Shown here: positions 39,872-45,898 of the stretch, piece by piece
Layout: each line of letters begins with the position of its first letter
Numbering within the stretch: the stretch's first letter is position 1
Origin: an uncultured Alphaproteobacteria bacterium
GTDB lineage: Bacteria; Pseudomonadota; Alphaproteobacteria; Methylaequorales; Methylaequoraceae
Length of the DNA stretch: 64,000 nucleotides
Assembly (NCBI GenBank): GCA_902563305.1
Contig: CACEWP010000001.1
Coordinates: forward strand, 40,130-104,129
Direction: 5' to 3'
Position numbers and translations under genes: made by a program
The notes under the pieces: generated by a model
Databases searched by the model: none
What the model saw: only the letters and a program-made list of their open reading frames with translations
What the model was told of the DNA's origin: nothing

Positions 39872-40489
39872 TTATTTTGTTGTCTCAGGTTTTTCTTCTG
39901 ATGAAGGAGAGGTGATATCCGTTTTTATGTTTATATTTTGAGTAGAAACTTTATCTAAGCTCCCATTTGATTTTGTTAAATCAATTTTTTTTGTTTTTGA
40001 CTTATTTTTGACAGTGGACTGAGAAGTTTTTGTAGTTTTTTTATCACTTTTTTTAAGTCGAGCTTTTAACTTTTTATTGTTACTTTTTAATTTTTTAATA
40101 ACTTTTTTAGGTTTATTAAGTTTAGATTCTAATTTCTTATTATCCTTTTTTAATTTACTAACGTTTTTATTAGGTTTCTTAAGTTTGGATTCTAACTTTT
40201 TATTAACCCTTTTTAATTTACTAACCTTTTTTTTAGGTTTTTTGAATTTAATTATTTTAGCTTTTAAATTTTTATTTTTCTTTTTTAAAACCTGAATTTC
40301 TTTTTTTTGATCAGATTTTTTTTTCGCACCTTCAATTGCTAAACACCCTAATTTTACAATTTTTGGTAGCTTTTTAGATTTACTCATTTTTTTAAGACTT
40401 AAACCTGTTAAGCGAGAAAATTTCTTATTAGAAATCTTATTTTTTTTCCCCCATCTTTTAAGCTGAGTTGGTTTTTTAAGTGGTTGCAT
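39872..40489 (-). CDS. Lysine-rich (histone-H1-like) protein with degenerate HTH-paralogue N-terminus and 21-aa repeats
   Basis: Strong RBS AAAGGAGG before ATG 40489; 70 Lys in 205 aa by hand count; N-terminus aligns by eye with the XRE protein at 41094. Confidence 0.75.
   Translation of the reverse strand: MQPLKKPTQLKRWGKKNKISNKKFSRLTGLSLKKMSKSKKLPKIVKLGCLAIEGAKKKSDQKKEIQVLKKKNKNLKAKIIKFKKPKKKVSKLKRVNKKLESKLKKPNKNVSKLKKDNKKLESKLNKPKKVIKKLKSNNKKLKARLKKSDKKTTKTSQSTVKNKSKTKKIDLTKSNGSLDKVSTQNINIKTDITSPSSEEKPETTK
40055..40243 (-). repeat. Three tandem 63-bp (21-aa) coding repeats
   Basis: KKPKKKVSKLKRVNKKLESKL / KKPNKNVSKLKKDNKKLESKL / NKPKKVIKKLKSNNKKLKARL; the similarity is also visible in the DNA. 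Confidence 0.85.
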
Positions 40490-40549
40490 TTTAATTCCTC
40501 CTTTTAACTTTACATTTATGCATTGCAATTCCTGGGAACAGCATATACA

Positions 40550-40577
40550 AATATACGCAATTATTGCATGTTGTCAA
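40550..40577 (-). promoter_or_regulatory. Sigma70-type promoter with palindromic operator in the spacer (for the Lys-rich gene)
   Basis: Minus strand TTGACA (40577-40572)-N16-TATATT (40555-40550); CGCAA-TTA-TTGCA at 40556-40568. Confidence 0.65.
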
Positions 40578-40886
40578 TTATTTAAAGCTTTTGTTGTTTG
40601 TTGTATTTTCTGTTAATTTTTGTTTAAGGGACTCTAAATCCTGATCTAACTTATAGTGTGACCAATCACTAAAAGACAAACAAACGGAATATTTCTTTTT
40701 TAAAATATTGTTATTTTCTTTTATGTTTGAAGCGCTTTTAAGTTGGCCGTTAATTATCTCAGACATAAACCTACAAGAATTCTGAGTATTATATGTTTCT
40801 GTGGTAGTTTTACTTACGTCTGTTACAAAGCCGTCAGAATCATAAAGAGGGCCAAAAAACGTTACAAAAACAATAACCCAAGTCAT
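40578..40886 (-). CDS. Hypothetical protein with short hydrophobic N-terminus and two Cys
   Basis: 102-aa ORF; its ATG overlaps the TGA of the upstream small ORF (ATGA). Confidence 0.6.
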   Translation of the reverse strand: MTWVIVFVTFFGPLYDSDGFVTDVSKTTTETYNTQNSCRFMSEIINGQLKSASNIKENNNILKKKYSVCLSFSDWSHYKLDQDLESLKQKLTENTTNNKSFK

Positions 40887-40957
40887 TTTCTTTTCGTTTG
40901 GTTGTCTAAGCTTCTTTTTTTAAAAACAAAGTCCCAATATAGCAAATGTCCATACAT
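40883..40957 (-). CDS. Unannotated 24-aa small ORF MYGHLLYWDFVFKKRSLDNQTKRK
   Basis: RBS AGGAG 7 nt upstream of ATG 40957; TGA at 40885-40883 overlaps the next ATG; lies just downstream of the TTGACA-N17-TATATT promoter. Confidence 0.6.
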   Translation of the reverse strand: MYGHLLYWDFVFKKRSLDNQTKRK

Positions 40958-40975
40958 ATATAATCTCCTAAGCAG

Positions 40976-41037
40976 TTATCCACACGCAACTATTGCGCGT
41001 TTATTATAAATATACGCACTGATTGCGCATATGTCAA
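40976..41037 (-). promoter_or_regulatory. Sigma70-type promoter with two palindromic operators and a perfect DnaA box
   Basis: Minus strand TTGACA (41037-41032)-N17-TATATT (41014-41009). CGCAC-TGA-TTGCG at 41015-41027 sits in the spacer, CGCAA-CTA-TTGCG at 40985-40997, and TTATCCACA at 40976-40984. Confidence 0.7.
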
Positions 41038-41093
41038 TATTATTTTGTAATAATTTTTTTTTTTTGGTATTAATACTTACTTTCTTAAAGTCT

Positions 41094-41297
41094 ATGGAAA
41101 AAGAACAGTTCAAAAAATGGAGAAAAAAGAATGGTTTTTCTCAAGCAGAGGCTGCTAATGTACTTGGCCTAAAAAGGAGAATGATCCAGTATTATGAGAA
41201 GGGTAAAAAAGGAGAAAAAGATATAAAAATACCCAAATATATAAAATTAGCATGTGAAGCGATAGAACTTAAGAAAAAGTTAAAGAAACTGGTTTAA
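41094..41297 (+). CDS. XRE/Cro-type helix-turn-helix regulator
   Basis: FKKWRKKNGFSQAEAANVLGLKRRMIQYYEKG is a classic HTH_3 pattern; start adjusted to ATG 41094. Confidence 0.88.
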   Translation: MEKEQFKKWRKKNGFSQAEAANVLGLKRRMIQYYEKGKKGEKDIKIPKYIKLACEAIELKKKLKKLV

Positions 41298-41316
41298 TTT
41301 TAAAAGGAGTAAACTT

Positions 41317-41862
41317 ATGAGCGATAATTTTGACATCAAAGTTGGTGAGTCACTAATTGCTGGAGGACCACCAGGAACAGCAGCTGAGCCGGAAGTAGTT
41401 ATCGGAAAATTTAACGGCCCATTTGGAACAGCTTTCGCCACCTTACTAGGCAATCAAGTTAAAGGACATACAAAAGTTCTTGCGATAATGAACACAGACG
41501 TAATGGTTAGGCCAGCAACATTAATGGTGAGCAAGGTCACTGTCAAAGACGACAGATATACCAATATTTTAATGGGAACAGTTCAAGGAGCTATTGCTAA
41601 TGGTGTGTTAGATTCCGTTAGAGAGGGTTATATTCCAAAGAAAATAGTTAATGATGTAGGCATTATTGTATCAGTTTGGTTGAATCCAAGTGTAGCTGAA
41701 GACAAAAATTTAGATCACAAAATACTTTTTGATATTCATCGTAAGGCGACCACGAGTGCAATAAAGAAAGCAATGAAGGACGAGCCATCGATAGATTGGC
41801 TTTTAGAAAACCAAGATAAAATTGTTCATAAATACTTTGAAAAAGCATTAGATTCCAAGTAA
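41317..41862 (+). CDS. fae: Formaldehyde-activating enzyme (Fae)-like protein
   Basis: KVGESLI, GHTKVLA, VRPATLMVSKVT, GTVQGAIANGVLDSVREG and EPSIDWLL match the Fae family; RBS AAAGGAG. The canonical AHID catalytic motif is absent. Confidence 0.8.
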   Translation: MSDNFDIKVGESLIAGGPPGTAAEPEVVIGKFNGPFGTAFATLLGNQVKGHTKVLAIMNTDVMVRPATLMVSKVTVKDDRYTNILMGTVQGAIANGVLDSVREGYIPKKIVNDVGIIVSVWLNPSVAEDKNLDHKILFDIHRKATTSAIKKAMKDEPSIDWLLENQDKIVHKYFEKALDSK

Positions 41863-41863
41863 C

Positions 41864-41953
41864 AGTGTATATGCACATAAGATAGATTTCTAATGGATTT
41901 TAGGCGTTCTTTTAAATTAACCTGCAATTTCACATAAATAGTGCATATACACT
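41864..41953. repeat. 90-bp intergenic element bounded by perfect 13-bp inverted repeats
   Basis: AGTGTATATGCAC (41864-41876) and GTGCATATACACT (41941-41953), between two convergent stop codons. Confidence 0.7.
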
Positions 41954-43346
41954 AAAAAAATCTCTTCAATATGGATACATAAGTAACAAACACAAAAACA
42001 AGTGAGCAAAGAACAGCTGCACTGCCTAAATCTTTGGCTCTTTTTGAAAGGTCGTGATGTGAAAAAGAAATTCTGTCAATGGTGGCTTCAATGCTTGAAT
42101 TAAGTAATTCAATTATGAGTAAAAGCATAATACTTCCAATCATGAGAAGTTTTTCTGTAGTCTCGGTTGGAAATATAAAAGCAAGAGGGATTAATATCAA
42201 AGTGAGAAGTAGTTCTTGTCTGAAAGCACTCTCCTCCTTAAAAGCAAATATAAATCCTGAGAGACTATTTATTAAAGCAAAATATAATCTCCTCAACCCA
42301 GTATTCTTTTTATGTGGATTCTCTTTAAAGACATATGTTTTTGGATCCCTTTTTTTTGAATTTTGTAGATTAGATTCAAAGATATTGACAACATTCTCCC
42401 AGGTGAATTTTTTTACATAATGTAAAGGTTTGTTGGCCGGTATTTTTAATGCATTTAAACACGCTATTTTAAGATTTTTATTTAGAACCCCTGCTCCACT
42501 TTTTCCAATAACATTGATTGGGCCTGCAACTGGAAATGCGGCTACTGGTAATCCGCATGCCATAGCTTCTAGTAATACTAGCCCGAAAGTATCGGTTTTG
42601 CTTGGAAAAACGAATAAATCTGCTTTTCCATAGTATTCATGTAATTCATGTTGTTTTTTTTCACCAAAAAATTTGACATTTGGATATTTTTTTTCGAGTT
42701 TGCGTCTATCAGGACCATCACCTACAATCCATTTTTCACAGTCGAGATCTAATTTTAAAAACGCTTCTAAGTTTTTTTCAATAGCAACTCTTCCTATGTT
42801 TATCAAAATAGGTTTGCCATTTTTCTTTTTTTGCAAAGGGGGTTTGAAAAGCTTAAAATCAACACCTCGTGGCCATATTGTAGTATTATGTATATTCCAC
42901 TTTTTTAAATCTTCTATTACTGATTTTGTAGGAACAAGTATTTTATGTGCTTTACTATGAAACCATTTTAGATAACCATAACCTATAAAAAGAGGAACTT
43001 TAGTTCTCTTATATATATATTCCGCAAATTTTGTATGAAATGAAGTTGTATAAACAAGTCCATTTTTTACCACATAATTTCTTCCTGCTAAACCTAGTGG
43101 ACCCTCAGTTGCAATATGAATCGCATCTGGATTGAATTCTTTAATTAACTTTTTAACTTTGTTCCCTGGAAAAAAAGATAACCGGATTTCAGGGTAAGTA
43201 GGACAAGGAAATGTTTTAAACAGATCAGGTGTTATCATTAAAACATTATGACCTTTTTTTTCTAAAAGTTCTTTTGTTTTAGATAACGTATGGACCACTC
43301 CATTAACTTGAGGGTGCCAGGCATCTGAGATAATTACTATTTTCAT
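41952..43346 (-). CDS. GT4 glycolipid glycosyltransferase (Agt-like) fused to diacylglycerol kinase DgkA
   Basis: N-terminal SDAWHPQVNGVV, HIATEGPLG and FPSKTDTFGLVLLEAMACG (GT4/Agt). C-terminal ESAFRQE, ELLNSSIEATIDR and AKDLGSAAV (DgkA). Start adjusted to ATG 43346. Confidence 0.9.
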   Translation of the reverse strand: MKIVIISDAWHPQVNGVVHTLSKTKELLEKKGHNVLMITPDLFKTFPCPTYPEIRLSFFPGNKVKKLIKEFNPDAIHIATEGPLGLAGRNYVVKNGLVYTTSFHTKFAEYIYKRTKVPLFIGYGYLKWFHSKAHKILVPTKSVIEDLKKWNIHNTTIWPRGVDFKLFKPPLQKKKNGKPILINIGRVAIEKNLEAFLKLDLDCEKWIVGDGPDRRKLEKKYPNVKFFGEKKQHELHEYYGKADLFVFPSKTDTFGLVLLEAMACGLPVAAFPVAGPINVIGKSGAGVLNKNLKIACLNALKIPANKPLHYVKKFTWENVVNIFESNLQNSKKRDPKTYVFKENPHKKNTGLRRLYFALINSLSGFIFAFKEESAFRQELLLTLILIPLAFIFPTETTEKLLMIGSIMLLLIIELLNSSIEATIDRISFSHHDLSKRAKDLGSAAVLCSLVFVFVTYVSILKRFF

Positions 43347-43356
43347 AACTAGGAAA

Positions 43357-44157
43357 TTAAGTTTTTTGTGGGAGCTGAAAGTGACTTGAATGCTCTTGAG
43401 AAATTCTAGATGACCAGTCAACAATCTCTAGATTACCATCGATATGTTCTACAATTGCGGTCATAGACTCTACCCAATCACCGCTATTACAATATATTAT
43501 ATCATGAATTGATTTGAATTCTGCTTTGTGTATATGCCCACAAACAACACCATCAAACCCTCTTCTTTTTGCCTCCTTAGTCATTACTAATTCATAGGCA
43601 GTAATAAATGAAACAGCTTTTTTTACCTTTTGTTTAATAAACTTTGATAATGACCAGTAAGGTAGCTTTAAAAATTGTCTAATATTATTAAATAGATTGT
43701 TTAAGCGGATTAACATAGCATAACACTTGTCACCAACATATGCGAGCCAACGAGCATGTCTAATAACGCTATCAAATTGATCTCCATGAATGATCCATAA
43801 TTTCTTACCCTTGAGAGTGGTATGGTGAGCTTCCTTTTCAATTATTATATCTCCGAAATTCACACCAATATATTTACGCGCAGCTTCATCATGGTTACCT
43901 GGTATAAATACAACTTTTACTCCTTTCCTAGCTTTTCTTAGTAATTTTTGGATAACATCATTGTGAGCTTGTGGCCAATACCATTTTTTCTTCAATCGCC
44001 ATCCATCGATAATGTCTCCTACAAGAAAAATTTTTTCGGACTTTGAAACTTTAAGAAACTCTAAAAGAAGTTCTGCTTTGCAACCGCTTGTACCTAGATG
44101 AACATCTGAAATCCATATTGTTCTGTAACGATTATGTTTAAAGGATACGCCATCCAT
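43357..44157 (-). CDS. plcP: Phospholipase C PlcP (LpxH-like metallophosphoesterase) for lipid remodelling
   Basis: SDVHLG, GDIIDGW, GNHD, HGDQFD, CGHIH and NSGDWVES motifs; next to an Agt-like gene and under a Pho box. Confidence 0.85.
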   Translation of the reverse strand: MDGVSFKHNRYRTIWISDVHLGTSGCKAELLLEFLKVSKSEKIFLVGDIIDGWRLKKKWYWPQAHNDVIQKLLRKARKGVKVVFIPGNHDEAARKYIGVNFGDIIIEKEAHHTTLKGKKLWIIHGDQFDSVIRHARWLAYVGDKCYAMLIRLNNLFNNIRQFLKLPYWSLSKFIKQKVKKAVSFITAYELVMTKEAKRRGFDGVVCGHIHKAEFKSIHDIIYCNSGDWVESMTAIVEHIDGNLEIVDWSSRISQEHSSHFQLPQKT

Positions 44158-44179
44158 TCATATTATTTATCAAATAAAT

Positions 44180-44197
44180 GTGTCAAAATTATTACAA
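44180..44197 (-). promoter_or_regulatory. Pho box upstream of plcP
   Basis: Minus strand TTGTAAT-AATT-TTGACAC, 22 nt before the ATG, the same spacing as at gapdh. Confidence 0.65.
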
Positions 44198-44231
44198 CAC
44201 CACATATAGTGTTACTAATATGATATGACAC

Positions 44232-44262
44232 AAAAAAAAAGAGGCTTATAAAGCCTCTTTTT
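44232..44262 (-). terminator. Rho-independent terminator of the porin gene
   Basis: AAAAAGAGGCT-TATAA-AGCCTCTTTTT hairpin, with a T9 tail on the minus strand. Confidence 0.9.
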
Positions 44263-44291
44263 AATTTTTGAAATTACTAAGGAAGGAAAAC

Positions 44292-45743
44292 TTAGTATTT
44301 TAGATGTAGTCGAGCTTGAATTGACGAAATTTCAGAGTCTCTCATTCCATTTGAGTTATCTGAACCATAATCACCGTAAGTGTATTCAGCCATCAGTCTA
44401 ACGTTTGAGTTAAAGTAGTGATTGAAACCGAAAGTATGAGCTTCGCCAGAACCACCATTTCTATCTCCAGTACCGGTTACATTTGTATCATGATCTGTTT
44501 GATCTATCCATTCGTATTGATACTTTGGCATAAAACAATGTCTTTTACATTTTAGTCCACCTAATGCACCTTTTTTTCCGCTATGTTTAAATTTGCCAGA
44601 AAATGCGTACGCTACACTTATCGACCCACCATGATAATTGAAATCTTCTTCAGCAATAGTAGTACTATTTGGAGCTGAATATTCATATTTACCTACTTGG
44701 TATTCAGCCTGCGAAAATAGCTGTCCGTAAATCAGACTATATTGAGGACCAAAAAAGTGATGATATTTAAGATTGGTTTCATCACCTAAATCTATTGGTT
44801 TGTCAACTAAGGTATGAAGTCCGTTTGCTCTAGCACTATTTGTGTCATAACGACCAGTGGCATTACGATCACCACCTGTATCAGTATCTGTATTACTAAG
44901 GTCTAATGCACCAAAATGAGCACCTATAAGAAGAGAAGTACCTTCTCCAAAATAGTTAGGAGCCTTACTTTTAATAACTTGGTATTGTGTTGCAACACTA
45001 CCTCCAAACGATTCGTTATTTTTCTCAGTACCTACTACATTTTCTGACCCATCAGAAATATTTTGTTCGATAGCACTTTCCATACCGTGGAAAAGAGTCG
45101 CCTTTAAGTGAAACCTGCTACCAAATGCTCCAGCTGTATCATAACCAATACCGGTTCTGTGACCAAAATTCATAGTTTCATTATGCATTGGTCTTTCCAT
45201 AAATATCAAATTGTTAGAACTTGTATTTTCATACAATCCTGCTGCTGCTTTTTGGTTACCAAATGTAAGCTTACCAAATCCTTTAATGCTTTTTGAAATA
45301 AGAGCATCTTTAAATATAACAGTTCTGTCTGCAAGGTCATCCCCTCCATCAGCAAAGTCAGGTTGGAAAGCAAAACCCCATCCATTTCCAATATCACCTT
45401 TTAATGTGAATCTTAGTCTTCTGAATTCTGATCCTAAACCGGCTTCAGTGATTTTTCCTGTTGTTCCATCTGCAAGAGTCCCGTCATAATCAAGAAGGCC
45501 TCCGACATCGTACATAATTCTGCCTTTAATCTGAAACTTATATTTTCCGTCAGTGCTTTTGATACGCAAACCCTTGCCTTTTTCAAAGTAAGCCTTACCT
45601 TTATCACCTTTGGACATCTGTTCTTTCATTTTTAGTATTTCGTTTTGCAGTGCGTCGATCTGTGCACCAACGTCTTGTGCTTTGGCGTTTGTAATCAGAC
45701 CGCTCATTGCCATGATTGCAATACCTGAGTATAATTTTTTCAT
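44292..45743 (-). CDS. Phosphate-selective porin, OprO/OprP family
   Basis: Signal peptide and coiled coil, then S.DG.Y.F...GR...D, EFRRLR, TSSNNL.FMER and G.NHYFN.NVR motifs; C-terminal aromatic residue; Pho box upstream. Confidence 0.85.
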   Translation of the reverse strand: MKKLYSGIAIMAMSGLITNAKAQDVGAQIDALQNEILKMKEQMSKGDKGKAYFEKGKGLRIKSTDGKYKFQIKGRIMYDVGGLLDYDGTLADGTTGKITEAGLGSEFRRLRFTLKGDIGNGWGFAFQPDFADGGDDLADRTVIFKDALISKSIKGFGKLTFGNQKAAAGLYENTSSNNLIFMERPMHNETMNFGHRTGIGYDTAGAFGSRFHLKATLFHGMESAIEQNISDGSENVVGTEKNNESFGGSVATQYQVIKSKAPNYFGEGTSLLIGAHFGALDLSNTDTDTGGDRNATGRYDTNSARANGLHTLVDKPIDLGDETNLKYHHFFGPQYSLIYGQLFSQAEYQVGKYEYSAPNSTTIAEEDFNYHGGSISVAYAFSGKFKHSGKKGALGGLKCKRHCFMPKYQYEWIDQTDHDTNVTGTGDRNGGSGEAHTFGFNHYFNSNVRLMAEYTYGDYGSDNSNGMRDSEISSIQARLHLKY

Positions 45744-45786
45744 AATATTCCCTCGTAAAGTTAAAAATGTAAGCTAGTAATTTTTT

Positions 45787-45804
45787 GTTACAACTTTATG
45801 ACAA
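45787..45804 (-). promoter_or_regulatory. Pho box upstream of the porin
   Basis: Minus strand TTGTCAT-AAAG-TTGTAAC, followed 10 nt later by the -10-like TAGCTT. Confidence 0.88.
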
Positions 45805-45898
45805 ACAAGCTTTTAACAAAATTTAAACAAGTTTGTTGCAAAAAAACAACAACAACAATTTATATCAACAAAATAACACTAAATTAAAAGACAATTTT

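Noticed and set aside
40055-40243. 63-bp periodic repeat as a possible CRISPR array
   Set aside because: In-frame degenerate coding repeats without unique spacers; no cas genes.
40743-41009. 88-aa plus-strand ORF across the divergent promoter region
   Set aside because: Antisense to the peptide and orphan genes, which have the RBS, promoter and ATGA coupling.
41054-41065. T12 homopolymer upstream of the XRE gene as a phase-variation tract
   Set aside because: Runs of 11-12 T also occur inside ordinary genes here (e.g. 11211-11222). More simply explained as an A-tract/UP element or by base composition.
39872-41297. Prophage remnant or toxin-antitoxin reading of the XRE module
   Set aside because: No integrase, structural gene, att repeat or recognisable toxin fold. 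It cannot be fully excluded without a database search.
45805-45880. (CAA)n tract and extra AACAA motifs upstream of the porin Pho box
   Set aside because: Short and low-complexity, not in clean 11-bp phase with the main box; cannot be distinguished from a weak phoR terminator or chance.
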